From: Octopus bimaculoides
Taxonomy: Eukaryota
Direction: 5' to 3'
DNA length: 64,000 nucleotides
Assembly: GCF_001194135.2 (NCBI RefSeq)
Contig: NC_068999.1
Coordinates: 16,507,827 to 16,571,826, forward strand
In this document: positions 1 to 14,013 of the stretch, piece after piece
Numbering within the stretch: the stretch's first letter is position 1
Layout: every line of letters begins with the position of its first letter
Made by a program: the position numbers and the translations under genes
Notes under the pieces: generated by a model
The model's database searches: none
Seen by the model: the letters and a program-made list of their open reading frames with translations, nothing else
What the model was told of the DNA's origin: nothing

Positions 1-1205
1 TCACTCCACGAGACATAAAATGTATTGTATTGTATATTCTGAAATCTTTTATGTTGCATTTATTCTTGAAATATTTATATAATTTATTATAGGCCATTTA
101 AACTAAACAACATAAAGTCAAGGGATAATTTTATTTGATCATATTTCTCCAAGAACGGTTAAGAAAAAAAATACGATTGAACAGTGATGCTAACCTTCTC
201 TTGAAAACTTTTGCTATATGTTCTTATCGGGCATCGAAACTACCTTTTAATCTTGCATAAGGCATTTTACTCTAACGGATTTAACCTTTCGAGATGACGA
301 GCGTAATCTCTTAGTTAATTGCTATGGAAATATCTTCACAATATTTTGAATAAACCGAAAAGTTTAAGGGACAATATTTATGGTTTGTTTCATAATGTTT
401 CATGGAGATAAGCAGTATTTAGTGGTCGATGCCGCTCGAGGTTACTCGATTATCTATATTTCATTGGGAATGTTAGATGAGGTCATCATTTATGGATGAA
501 TCGAATGTGGCTTGGATACTTTGATGTAGTAAAACCAAGATATTATTGTGCTACAATTCTCAAGTTTTAAACGTATTATCTAAAATAGAAATTTGCTTTC
601 AATATATTCTAGCAGTTTATCTCAAGTTATTTGTTCTGATTATGAATGATCAACACTTTTGAATATTTCTCGCCTAGAGCATATTCCACTCTTCTGTGAT
701 ATCTCTAGCAAATCAATGAAATCTCATACAGCCATTTGGCGTCTTCTTTCCAGAGGTTTTCATTTACTTCTTACATTTAAGTATGATTCAGTTTGTAAAT
801 GTGTTGTGTTACTCAAAAATCACAGTTTAGCATTTAAATTGAGATATAAAAAAACAATAATTAAAATCATTCAGAAGTTAAATCATTACACAGAAACTTA
901 AGTAAAGCTTGAATTATTACTAATTATCATTAACATCATTAGCAGATGCAGCCTCCAATATCAATGATATTTTACACGTAGATAATATCACAGAATTACT
1001 GTAGATTATATGCTACAGATTACTATACAGCAAGTTATATCAGAGAAAACATCTTTTTTTCCTTCTTTGCAAATTCTCGCGCCAAAACTATATGTTATAA
1101 GAAAGTATAATATGCGAAAATTATGACCGATTTCATAATACATAATTTAAGTAAAATGGTCAAAAAAGCGCCTCTATCCATTTGATGGATCTTCGTAGCG
1201 GTTTG

Positions 1206-1253
<48 letters not shown>

Positions 1254-1288
1254 CNNNNNNNNNNTATATATATATATATATATATATA

Positions 1289-1604
1289 TCGATTCCCAGA
1301 CCGGGTGTTGTGATTGTTTATTTAGCGAAAACACCTAAAGCTCCACGTGGCTCCGGCAGTGGGTGGTCGTGGTGAACCCTGCTGTACCCTTTCACCACAA
1401 CATTCTCTCACTCTTTCTTCCTGTTTTTATCGTACCTGTATTTCAACGGGCCACCCTTGTCACACACTGAATCTCCCTGAGAACTACGTCAAGAGTACAC
1501 GTGTCTGTGGAGTGCTCAGCCACTTACACGTTAATTTCACGAGTAAGCTTTTCCGTTGATCGGATCAACTGGAACCCTCGTTGTCGTAACCGACGGAGTG
1601 CTAC
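1289..1604 (+). mobile_element. 5'-truncated SINE-like retroposon (family C)
   Basis: Begins at a B-box-like TCGATTCCC after a TA array and gap. The body is GC-elevated, and the 3' end has stem-loops (GTTGATC-G-GATCAAC). Family not assigned. Confidence 0.55.
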
Positions 1605-2670
1605 GATATATATATATGTATATATAGTAAATTCAATTTTATTCTCAGACATCCATTAAATATATTTACAATATTTCATCACTATTCCGGTAAATACGCA
1701 TTTAAAATCTTCATATGCACAATGTTATTGTATAGTGAGAAAATATATTTTATTTAACAGATATTTTATGTGAGTGTGTGTTAGTGTGTGTGAATGTGTG
1801 TGCGAATGTGTATGTTTTGTATGTGTTTTTGTGTGTGTGTGTGTATGAATGTGTGTGTGAATGTGTATGTTTGTATATGCTCATGTGTGTGAGTGAACGT
1901 GATGTGTATGAACGTGTATGTTTGTATGTGCTTGTGTGGGTGTGTGAGTCAATGTGTGTGTGAATGTGTGTGTGTGTGTGAATGTGTATGTTTGTATATG
2001 CTTATATGTGTGTGTGGGTGTGAAGGAATATGTGTGTGTGTTTGTATATGCTTATGTGTGTGTGTCTGTGAGGTAGTAACCTATGAAGTAGAAGCCCAAT
2101 CACCTTTCAATTAACTAACTCAACACGAGGACAGTCATCAATAATATTATGATGGACATTATGTAAATATTAAATAAAAATAATTCGTTAGAAATAGTCG
2201 TATAACTAGCCCTAAAGCTGTTTTTCATACAAACACTAAATTCAGTACAGCCACTCGATTTCATCGTTTCAAACATATTACAGACGATTTGAAAAATGTG
2301 AGCATTTTAAACATATACAAACATTATTAAAATTTTTATATATATTTTCTGTTGAAGATGTAAAGATGACCAAAGGAAGAGCTATAGCGGTTAATGCGCT
2401 TGGGTGGTATATAATTTGAGGAAAGCTGAGAGGCCCCTTTTTTTCAATAACGCAGAAGTGTTCAGAGGTATTTTTTTTTTTTTCCTCAAGAAAACAATAG
2501 TATTTAACATAGATAATTTTTTTCAAAGTGACTGAGATCATATGTAAATCTTTTTTGAATGTAACATTGAAAGCTAGTAGTAAACAGTGCAAAATTTTAA
2601 AACTAAGACTCACTAATATCAAACATTTCTAATTCACGATTTTCTTTTCAGCAATCCCATAAAGATGATA

Positions 2671-3924
2671 TTAGGTCATCCCATAAACAATGCGTTTTTT
2701 ATACTTCTTTATTATTCAAAATTAAGATGAACAAAGTCCTTTTCTTATTGTAAAATATTATCGCCTTCATTTTCTACAATGCTCTTCCATCTTGCAAGCG
2801 GTAACTTGTAAATCTGGTAGATTTGCAAGGTACTGCTTCAAAAATTCAATTCTCCATGACGGAAAATACTCCTGCTGTAATGTTCTGATTTTGAAAACTA
2901 CAGAATAAATGATAATCAGATGGGGAAATATCCTACAAACATGATGGGTGAGACATGGCTACCCATTCAATTGGAATGTAATTCTCCCTGGATGTGGCCG
3001 AGCATTATCCCGATGGAAGAACACCTTTCTTCTTGAAACCAAAGATAGTCGCTTTCTTTTAGCGCTGATTGAATCCGCTGAAGCTGCTCGCAGTAGATCT
3101 CCTTTGTTATCGTTTGGTTTGGATTTAAAAAAGTTCAAAGTCGACTAAACCTTTCATATCCAACATAACAGATAACACCACCTTATGTGGGTGAAGTCTT
3201 CCTTTAGCTTCGGCTGCCGGTGTTTCTCCCTTCCCTGCCCACTGTCTTCGGCGCTTGACATTTTTACAGAGAACCCATTTCTTGTCACCGGTCACTATTT
3301 GGTCCAATAAAGGTTCATTCGTGAGACATGACAACAAAGAAGAGCAAACATTCACTCTGCGCGCGATTAGATTCGGAAAGTTTGTTAGTAACACAATTAA
3401 CCAATTTGCTGACTTTTCCGATGACATCCAGGTGTCGATGAATGGTTGAATGACAAAATCCAAGCGTCTCTGCTAGTTCCTCAACGGTTAAGATGGGATT
3501 TTCTTCCCCCAGGATTTGCAGAACATCCTCGTCGTGATCTACAGTTCTTCCAGGACGAGGCACGTTTTCTAGGATGTAGTTTCCAGCTCGGTGTTTTTGA
3601 AACAACCGTTGACACTGGCTTACGCTTATTGTCAGATCCCCATATACTACATTAACATTCCTTGCACTTTCCAATGCGCTGTTGCCTTTATTGAACTCAC
3701 AAAGAAAAATATGCCGAATAGTCTCCATTGCCACATCCATTATAGCTTTGAAAAATTAACTGTTAAAATCGATTGCCCTCTTCAAAACGTGCACCAAGAA
3801 TAAGGAGAAGGTAAAATTACTACCTGCTTTTATAGCAAGTTGATGCAGGTAGTTTATGCCGTCTCCCTCCGACTTTTATTTCATGCAATTGAAAAAAAAC
3901 CGCATTATTTATGGAATGACATAA
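2671..3924 (-). mobile_element. Full-length decayed mariner DNA transposon (~1.25 kb)
   Basis: Imperfect TIRs: TTAGGTCATCCCATAAACAATGCG from 2671, versus the reverse complement of 3901-3924 (TTATGTCATTCCATAAATAATGCG). TA on both flanks. Transposase motifs inside. Confidence 0.93.
2790..3740 (-). pseudogene. Mariner DD34D-type transposase pseudogene (frameshifts and stops)
   Basis: N-terminal HTH region (IRHIFLCEFNKGNSALESARNVNVVYGD...PRPGR), a WVPHEL-like segment, IVTGDKKWV (first D), HRDNARPH (second D) and SPSDYHLF (third D), split across frames. Confidence 0.9.
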
Positions 3925-4192
3925 TATATGACTTGAAGAAAACACAGATGCAGAAGAAGAGATGTTTTAGTGACTCAACGCACGAGAAAAGGTGGGAAAT
4001 AACGGGTAGAAGTGAAAGAAAAAGAGAAACGAAAGACGACAGTCAAGCCATGTAGTTGAAATGAAAGCCAAAGATGAAAGATAGAGTTAAGCATGGAGCA
4101 AACCATGCGGTTACATATATCGCGTTATTGTAGTTTAAAGAAACATATATGTGCGTGTGTGTGTGTATGTATGTGTATGTGAGTGAATGTGC

Positions 4193-4242
<50 letters not shown>

Positions 4243-4914
4243 GTTCACTTAGAATAGTCCTATATATTACTGAAATTTTGGAGGCTCTTAAAATCATTGA
4301 TTCTGATGCGAAATTTGCACTCAGAAATGAATATCATATTCAATTAGAAATTCATTGAGTAATGTGCACAAGCTTTGCTGGAGAGCCAAAGATCAAGGTT
4401 AATCGAACATACATGTGATGAAAGTCAATCCCTTGGTTTCCAAGTATATCTAGGACTACGTTGTTATTGGATGTAATCTTTGTTTTAACATAAAAGCGAC
4501 TTGCGAGTTTTAGCAAACTATAGAGGGGACATTCTTGTAAGTTGATAAATGCCATTATTACTTCAAGTAAGTGTTCTTTTTTCTTTTTTCCTACAATCAG
4601 CTTCGAAAAGCCTTACAATACGAGTACTCGATGTGGCGTTCAGATTTCGCAAAAGAGATATTCGATCTCTTTTTTTCTATTAGGCATTTTGTTCAGTATA
4701 TGTTTTATATCTTTACTTTTCTAAAGATAAGCATGTATAAATCTATGTACTTCCCCGTCACTGCCGTACGTGAATGTGTATATATATGTATATATTTATA
4801 TATATGTATATATTTATATATATACATATATATACACATTCACGTATATATATATAAATATATACATGTACACACATACGTTTATATTTCTATAAATTTA
4901 CATACATATATATG

Positions 4915-4960
<46 letters not shown>

Positions 4961-6334
4961 TATATATATATACCAGAATCAATCTAATACTTGTATGAAC
5001 ACTAATGGAATCTCTATAGAAATCATTATTTTTCTGTCTCAAAGAAACGTGTTAATAAATATTCCTTATATAAACGCATATGCCACCTCTACTTTTATAG
5101 CAACGCTTAATCTTATATGTGTTTGTATATGCTTGGCGGAAACACCAGAAGTTTCAATTCGAAGTTGCATGGATTTCATAATTTAGGAAATAAGCTAATA
5201 CCTCCTGTGTATATCGGCTGTGGAAATAATGAATTTCCAGAAAGCATCTGTTCTTTGTTATTGCTATGTTTCTTTATTCAAAAGAAAAAAAAATTCAATC
5301 TATACTCTGCCCAATACAGAATGGCTGTCCATATGGCTACAGAACGTACGAGTAATTATTTTTTATTTTCTGTATTATTTATCTATTCTATTTTTTTTTT
5401 GTTTGTATTTTCAGAGGTGAGAGTTGGAGGAAATTAAATCGAAAATGTAATTTCAAGTGAACAAAAACTATAAAATAATATGATACACATAACGTAATAC
5501 AAGAACAAAACTTGGAGTAAAACCGACAGTGTTGGTACAGAAACAGTTGTCGTTGGACAGAACCACATGTTTGTAACCAGTGACTGAATTGTTGCTTTCA
5601 AAAAAGAGAGAAAAAAAACAACATTGTGGTTGCCATTCAGTAATGCCAAAGCACTTAAACTACACATAGTGAAAATTACATATATATATATATATATATA
5701 TATAGATATATATATATGAGGATAGAACTTGGAAAGCAAAACATTTTTATCGATAAAGAGGAAATGAAGACGATTCCTTTTCTTCTGAACTTCTTTCCAT
5801 TATTTCACATATGTCGGTTCATTTCATCTGCTATTATTATTTTTATTTCTGTCACATTATTCAACAGAAGCAGAATGAGTGGATCCTAAGATAATAACCT
5901 CTTGTAATATTTGTTTCGGTTTCTTATTCTGTAGTTTCAAATCCAGCCTGTGCTTTCCTTTGGATTTCATTTCACTGGTCGGTAAAATGATTTTATCGTA
6001 TTATTCCTACAACTGATTAAACAATTCTGGCATTCTGCCTATATTAATGATGTAACTAACATACATATTATATATATATATATATGTATAGGTACGTACG
6101 TACATACACACACGCATACATACATAACCAGAATGGAGAAAGCTAATTCGAAGACAACAGATCCAATCAATAGAACTGTAAGGATCTGTAAAACTTTTCA
6201 CAAGTTTATCATTTAAATATATATGGGTATGTCTAGATATGCAACTATATGCATGAGAATACATACATAAAACAAAACATACACATCTGCACATATACAC
6301 ACATACAAAAATACCCTGATTATGATTTTGCGCA

Positions 6335-7500
6335 TAATCTACACAAATTCGATACACTTGCCTTATCAACGCTTCACTTGATAGATTTATTTCGTAAAGA
6401 TTGTTCTTGCTCAGCAGTCCTTCTGTCTTCTTTAAAAACCTTGCCTTAACCATGTCCAGTATTCTTTGCAGGCTTCACGCGTTGCTTGTTGAAAAAGCTC
6501 TCCATGCAGGACTTTCTCTTTCTAGTTGATCTCCATTACTCTATCCGACCTCATATGTTACGTCTAAAAAGTCTCACTTTCGTTACTGGTCACCTTCTCA
6601 CTCAGTGCAGCTTTCAACATCCTTTTAGCATTATTCCTCAGACAAGCATGCAGGGACTCGATATCCTTCCCAACCTATTCCAACCAATCTGTTTCCACCT
6701 TCCTCTCTAGATAATTATAGCTTTGCTACGTTACTTCTAGTATGAAAGCACCCAAGCATATCCATTACTTTCCTATTTTTTCTATCCACGGTGACAAGTT
6801 CCTTCGTTGCCCATTTCACATCTCCTTCGTCGTAACGCATCTCACCTACAACCCACGCATTGATTCTTTTAATTATGCTCCAATCATATGGTTTAGACCT
6901 ATGTAGTTTTTTAAGTCTTCTGGTATATTCAGAAAAGATATTCTCCTCTATCTTGGTGCTCAGTAGACTAGTTGTAAAACACCAAGATACATGTAAACCT
7001 GTCTTTTCACTTCTCTTATCCGTTCATCATCTGAAAGTTGTACTCTACTACTGTTTACTTTTCGCCCTCTATTGTGTTCAATAACAGCGTATTTTCTGTA
7101 CCAAATTCTTTTTAGATGCCTTAACTGGAAATTCATACGGTATGAATAAAGAAATCCAGTTGACGGCTTTTAGCTCCGTAAAACTTCAAATTGTCCATAA
7201 ACAGTAGGTGATTGATTTGGTCTCAAGTTTTTCTGCAGTTTGTAACTGGCTCCCATCTATCTCTGAACCGAGTGGTAACATACAATCAATGAACAATAAG
7301 AGTGACATCGCGTCTCATTGAAACATTCTTCGCTTGGTGTCATCTTGTTCAATTTCTCTTTCATCTGTCTTTCAGTTTCTCATAAAATTTTAAGCATATA
7401 AATCCTTTTTGTTCGCTGTCCCCACTACCTACAGTCATTTCAGAATCACGGAACGAGGAATCATAACATATACCATTTTATTGTCAATCCGAGCCATTGT
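6335..7500 (-). mobile_element. R4/Dong-clade (RLE-type) non-LTR retrotransposon fragment, RT to start of zinc knuckle
   Basis: Decayed motifs in the expected order on the minus strand: ARIDNKMVY..PRS (AWIDYKKAY..PHS), RRMFQ*DAMSLLLF (RGIFQGDSLSPLLF), INHLLFMDNLKFY (FMDD), YMYLGV, INAWVVGEMRY..VKW..KEL..VDRK, LSREEGG, KVLHGE..WTWL, TEGL/QEQSL and YRIC. Confidence 0.85.
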
Positions 7501-7517
7501 CAAATCTATTATTATTT

Positions 7518-7690
7518 AAGGCAGCGAGCCAGCAGAATAGTTGGCACACCGGACGAAATGCTTAGATGCATTTTCTCTGTTCTTAATTTCTAAGTTCAAA
7601 GTCTGTCGAAGTCGATTTCCATTTGTTCGAGGGGTGAATAAAATAAGTAAAGTCAGTTACTAGGTAAATGTAGTCGACTAGCCCCTTTAA
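7518..7690 (+). mobile_element. tRNA-derived SINE, family A, decayed
   Basis: AAGGCAGCGAGCCAGCAGAA head, GAAATGCTTAG, a B-box-like AAGTTCAAA and GTCGACTAGCCCC. Shares motifs with the copies at 47270 and 50362. Confidence 0.75.
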
Positions 7691-7925
7691 CGGGAATTCA
7701 TTTTATGACAAACTTTTCGCCTGAAATTTCGGTGTATCATAACATGATCCCTCTTTCATACTAGTCACAGAGAATCTAAAAAGTGTAAAATACTCAAGAA
7801 TATCTGCTAACGATATTTAATGATAAAAAAAAAATATTATATGAAGAGAGCTCCTTTTCCCTTTTTTTCTTTTTTCCTGAAATCAATATGGCTATCCATA
7901 ATAATTTCATACATAAAATCTTATC

Positions 7926-8530
7926 TTAATTCATAGATATTTACGCCAAAACGGTAAGGAAAGTAAAAACAGGAAAAATTATATTACGGTATAATTTCTC
8001 ATATATTGTATCAACATTTATTTTTTTTTTCCTTCGTTCTCTTCTATTGAATTAATCTTTGTTTTTTGGAGACGACATCTACAGACTGATTGGCACCCAA
8101 TTATTACAATTCAATAGTGCAAAAGGCAATATTTAATACGAAATACCCTAAAGGATACTATGTTTGAAATTTAAATAGACGGTGACATACAGGGAATAGT
8201 GATTAGTTTTTCCATAATTAGTATACATTATTCCGATATATAACTGTCTGAAATGACAGAACATCCGTCACTTGAGGTATCACATAGTAATAACTTAAAA
8301 GATACACTGCATTTTTTGTGCTTTATGACTATATATATTCATTCACAAACACATATATAAATATAGGTATATATGTATGTCGGTATATACATACATATTA
8401 TGTTAATTCATATATATTTACGCCAAAACGGAAAAAAAAAGCATAAACAGAAAAATTATATTACGGTATATTTTTGCGTATATTTTATTAACATTTATAT
8501 ATTTTCCCCCTAATTTTCTTCTGTTGAACT
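7926..8530 (+). repeat. Local direct duplication of ~130 bp (7926-8060 and 8403-8530)
   Basis: Both copies share TTAATTCAT..ATATTTACGCCAAAACGG..AAACAG.AAAATTATATTACGGTATA..CTTCT.TTGAA. Confidence 0.8.
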
Positions 8531-9036
8531 ATATACAAACACACACACACACACACACCCACACACACACACACAGACAGAAGCGTGGTGGAACTGTGTC
8601 AAGCAAATGAAAAACATTGTACGCAAAATATTTTGTAGAGTGTATACGGTGTACGGAAATAGTATTTTCTTCGGCACACACATGCTTCGCTGGGAACCAG
8701 AATCGTAGTGCTAGCCATATCATTTCTGCTGTTCATGATGTTTTTTGACTAACAAGATGAAGGCTTCTTGAGCCAATGGGGTCCAAGCACTGCAACACAT
8801 ATGTAATGCTTATGTGGTAACAATTTGCACGAGAATACCTCTGTAAGCCTGTGAACGTTTCAGCAGATCTCTGTGCGTGTGTGTATATACATGTGTGCGT
8901 CTGTGTGTGCGCATATGCGTGTATGCGTGGATGTATATGTATATCTATGTATTTATCTATCTATACAGAGGTGTGTGTGTGTGTGTATGTGTATTTATGT
9001 ATGTATTTATGTATGTATGTTAAAAATCTTACCACA

Positions 9037-9110
<74 letters not shown>

Positions 9111-10107
9111 TGTGTGGTATGATTTTTTTAACAAGATGTATAGCATTGGGTGGCAGTATATCATAAGACTATTTCGATTATTATAGTAACGATGGCCATA
9201 ATAACAATAATAACAATAATAATTATATATATATACATAAACACACATATATATGCATACGTATATACGTATATCCACACGCACATATACATATATATAT
9301 GCATACATACTTAAATATGTATGTATATATATATATATATACGCGTGTGTGTACGAATGTGAGTGTGCGCATGCATGCGTGCCTGTATTTTGAAGAGTGA
9401 CGATGTCAGGAGAGAGAATTTTCTACCATCTTGTTATGTCTAAATTATTTTAAAACTTGTTTCCAAATTTAGCAATTAACACTGATTTATTTCTAAAAGT
9501 GAACAGATAATGTATTTTCAAATGGTCTGTTCCTCCTTTGGGCAAATAACCAGTAAAGGCGTATTTTAGTTTTGATTCCTCCGAGAACTCACTGTTAAGT
9601 AAATATATCACTATTTTCTAAGTTTTTATTTAAAAACTTCTCAACTTTTTGCCGATAATAAAATAGTTACTGAAATAATTACAGACACGTACATTGAGTT
9701 GTTATGTTTGCTTCTATGCAGACAGATAACGCTGCAAGCTAATTCTCCTATGCGATTATACAGCTTAACGTACTTTTAAAATAGTTTCAAATTAATACTG
9801 TAATCAAATGATAAAATCAGAAAAATAGTGCCCAAAAATGTATATTCTCCTTGTATAATATACATATGTGAGTGTCTGTATGTGTGTGCATCTACCTATA
9901 TATCTATATATAAGAATGTATAATACGATGTACATGCAGGTGTATATAGGTATATGCTTGTGTTTGTGTGAGAATTTACATATAAATGAGACTGTGCATC
10001 TGAATGTGTCTATTTATATATCTATATACATGAATGCATAAATCTATGTATATATATTTATCTATATCTATATATATGAATGTATAATTCTATGCATATA
10101 TATATGT

Positions 10108-10177
<70 letters not shown>

Positions 10178-10797
10178 TGTTTGTGCGTGCATGCGTGCGA
10201 GCGCGTGCGGATGTGGGTAGACATATTTGTACACATGTTTGAGTGCATTTATGCTAGAAAAAAAAATCAAATTACTAGTTTATATTGATATAAATTCGTA
10301 CTGAACAATATTCTTTTGGGCAACATTTTTGATGATTTTGTCATTTGATAAAAGTATTAATTGGAATTTATTTTAGAATTTATCTTAAGCTAAATAATCT
10401 CATATGAAAACTATCTTCCAGCATTATTATCTGATTAAGTGTAAACAAATATTACAACTAAATGTAGGTGTCTATAATACGGAAATCATCTTCTAACCAA
10501 TGAGGGTGCTGAAACCACAAAACACAGCGAAACAATTACGATCAATTATGATAAAAGTGCACAATTTACAACGCTTGAAGGTAAGGTGTGACAATATGAA
10601 AATTGATGTTTTGAATATATATTCTGAAATGAAACATTTCTGTCTGACAAGTCAATTGTCGAAGCTAGTATACGTACCCAGACTACCTCACAAATTCAGT
10701 CGAATATATTTATGTGCGCTTGTAAATGTCTAAGCACATATGTGTGTGGATTTGTGTATCGGTGCAGCATATATCTATTGATCTATCTATCTATCTA

Positions 10798-10876
<79 letters not shown>

Positions 10877-10939
10877 ATGTGTGTGTGTGTGTGTGTATGT
10901 ATGTGTGTGTGTGTATGTGTGTGTGTATATATATATACG

Positions 10940-11180
10940 GGAATGAGATCCTTCGGTTACGAAAGATCATGAAATTACGCGTAGAAATTCCCTCTGAAGG
11001 CACAAGTCCGGAAGACCAGACACCCGTGCGCACCAGACACCCGTGCGCACCAGCCATCCCTCACCCCACCGATATTGTCCAAGGGAAAAGCAAGGGCCGA
11101 CACAGCTCTGCTGCCAGTGACGTCGCAACTCATTTGTATATCTGAGTGAACTGGATCAGCGTGAGATAAAATGCCTTCCT
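10940..11180 (-). mobile_element. SINE family D, 3' portion, with an internal 17-bp tandem duplication
   Basis: GCCAGTGACGTCGCAACTCATTT..CTGAGTGAACTGG..CGTGAGATAAA is the reverse complement of the body motif at 35700-35735 and 55950-55980. (ACCAGACACCCGTGCGC)2 lies at 11015-11048. Confidence 0.65.
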
Positions 11181-11298
11181 CTTCCGTTCTTTTCTGTTAT
11201 ACTGTATGACTAAATACTGAATTCAGCCATAAATTATTGGGCTACAAATATATATACATTAACAGCCGGACTTGACGAAACTCTCGGGCGTTTCAGTT

Positions 11299-11351
11299 AT
11301 CACTACTCACGAGCCTACGGCTGATAGGCGAAACTAGTCTAGTCTAGTGAT
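11299..11351 (+). ncRNA. Type I hammerhead ribozyme fold (Penelope-type minimal HHR), core variant CUCACGA
   Basis: ATCACTA-CTCACGA-GCCTA-CGGCTGA-TAGGC-GAAA-CTA-GTC-TAG-TC-TAGTGAT. Stem I is 7 bp, stem II is 5 bp closed by G10.1-C11.1, and stem III is ACTA/TAGT. The GUC cleavage triplet ends at 11344. One core mismatch, at G5 (11308). Confidence 0.75.
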
Positions 11352-11479
11352 CCTAGAGATGCTCATCTTGTCAGTGTAGATTGCGTGCATTTTACAGCGT
11401 TCAGAATTTTTAACTCGTATTTCTAGCCAAATGGGTGCAGCATCAGCACCCTCAGTGACTACTGATGATGCCTAAGCTT

Positions 11480-12050
11480 GACGACAATATGGAAACACAC
11501 CATGCAACAAAGTTTGACGCAAAACTGACCAAAATCACTACAGAAAATTATGAAATGTTCCAAATTGCTTATGGATTAACTTGTATGAGCCGAGTATCAA
11601 TTTATTCTTTTCTTCTGAGTCAAAATGTCAGGCAAATTAAGTCTACCGAGAAGCCCATGATGGACAGCAGGGTATCTTCTATATCCACTGGGTTCCTTCT
11701 AGTCAGACGGTTAACAAAGAATACTTTGTTGTGGTTTTAAGACATTTCAGGAAGTGATTTCTTTGCAAAAGGCCTGTGCACATGAACCAGGAAAATGCAG
11801 CAGTTCACTGTTCAAGCCTAGTAGCCAACTACTTGACAGAGGTAAGCATCAAAACTGTTTCTTACCCTTTCTACCTTACAGATCTGTCTCTCTGTGAACT
11901 TAGGTTGTTTCTCAGGCTGAAGTAGAAGATGAAAGAGGTTATTACTTGGCTCCTGGACATCACTTGAAATTACTTCCAAGAGGCTTTCAGAAAATGGCTA
12001 GAACACTACAAATATATTGAAGTCAGAGGATCCTCCTTTTAAGGGAGACA
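11480..12050 (+). mobile_element. Internally deleted mariner transposase remnant
   Basis: N-terminus METHHATKFDAKLTKITTENYEMFQIAYGLTCMSRVSI joined to C-terminal parts: IHWVPSSQTVNKEY, HQENAAVH, VSYPFYLTDLSLCEL.LF and FQEAFRKWLEH..IEVRG. A possible right TIR lies near 12100-12127. Confidence 0.82.
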
Positions 12051-13663
12051 ACCATTTTGTATTTCTTCTAAATTAAAAAATGCTTCTCTCCCGAAAATGT
12101 CTCAAAACTTCTGGAATTACCCTTGATCTGTTTTCCTGTATATCTATACATGTTTAAACAAGTCACTTATATTCAAACTAAAAGAGGCATCACGACAATA
12201 TCTGAACGTATAAAATCAGTTTTGTACAATAACATTTAAATGAGTTCATCTCGGTAACCTCAGTTACAAGCATAAATACTATCAGAAAATTATTTTGCTA
12301 TATAATTAGGGAGGAATTAGCTACAATTTGGAAACATACTACAGAATTTCTACATCATTAGGTATGAGATCTATACAGGGCAAGCAACGTTCATTTGATA
12401 AATTACTTTATCTCGATTACAGAACAATCTATGCGTTTAACCTCTAATAAATCATCATTTTTCAGAAATACTACTCTGTGAGAAAAAAAAAGCCACCTTT
12501 TAGAAGTCGCATAGGATTCATATAAATTCACATAAAACTTTTAATGATGATCATTTTTTTCTTTTGTCATTTTATATCTTAATGTTTGTTGTAACGAATC
12601 TCTGAAGTTTGTATATTTCTAAAACATAATTAACTTTACCGTCTTGCATATTTATTCTTTAAATAGATGAGAGCTCTGATAAAATGAAAGATATCAAAGG
12701 CATGGAACTTACATAGAAATGCTCGTGTATTTCGTCGATATTATCTTGCTACTATAAAATAGGCACTATAGTCTCAATTAATCTTCATAAAATCTGCAGA
12801 ATAATGATGTTTGTAATTAAACACGACATCTCATTATACATTTGTTTTTATTTTTTTGTTTAAAACATTTAAAATTCAAAGCAGTTCAACTCCTTTCTAT
12901 TCTGTTGCATACTTTTTGTTTAGTTTATTGGCTTCAATATACCTTCTGATGTAGTTGAAATCGTTATTCGATTTGAAATTATTTATTGTTGATATGAGTG
13001 TTGTTGTTTTATTAATCGATATTGTTTTATATTACATTCCTTATATTATGTTTTCGTAGAACATCAAATTCTTGTGAATCACGCATGCCAACATGTCAAT
13101 CCTATAAACGACATATCACTCAAGTAAGCAACCATCTGTCACATTACTTCAAAGTATGGAGAGGACAATCTTAGAAATGGACGTTTAGCGATCTGGAGAA
13201 GAAAACGAATATGTAAGCCTCTTTAATTCGTGAATAAATCCACGATTTGTTTACAAAGAAATGAATAAGAAAGAAAACAGTAGAATACATGTTTTGTGAG
13301 AATGTATGCATTTGCAAATCAATACAGGAGTATGTTTGTGTGCGTACATTTGTGTATTTTCCTCTATGTGTATGTGAAGTGTATGAACTTAAACAAATAT
13401 AAAGTGACCAAAGCAAAGAACAAAACCGATAAAATGATTAAAAAAAAACCCAATGTAATGACATAGGAATGCGTCATAAAAACATAAGATACTTCGGAGA
13501 TATGATATGGACAGAAAAAACAAATTATAAGTAAAACATCAATACACACACACATGCCCATATAGTAAAACGCACACACATGGTCGTCGAACTGAAAATG
13601 CACATATATACACACAATTTTATGTACGTATACAGATGCATAGCTATATGTACTTATATAAGT

Positions 13664-13734
<71 letters not shown>

Positions 13735-13939
13735 CAGATAAATAGATATTATTTTCTAATACATACATTAGTATGTGTATATAAATATAAATATGTATGC
13801 ATGTATGTATGTATGCGTATATATATATATATATATATATACATTTAGTGGTTCACTTTTACTTATTAATGTATTTTTTTATTTAGAAAATAATATAGTT
13901 AAAGGAAAGATAAGATAGATCGATGGATGGAAGGTCGGG

Positions 13940-13941
13940 TG

Positions 13942-14013
<72 letters not shown>

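Noticed and set aside
11015-11053. 17-bp direct repeat as a possible CRISPR-like array
   Set aside because: Only two adjacent units with no spacers, inside a eukaryotic SINE.
13176-13215. Possible mini-exon KWTFSDLEKKTN ending at GTAAGC
   Set aside because: No polypyrimidine tract and too short to support homology.
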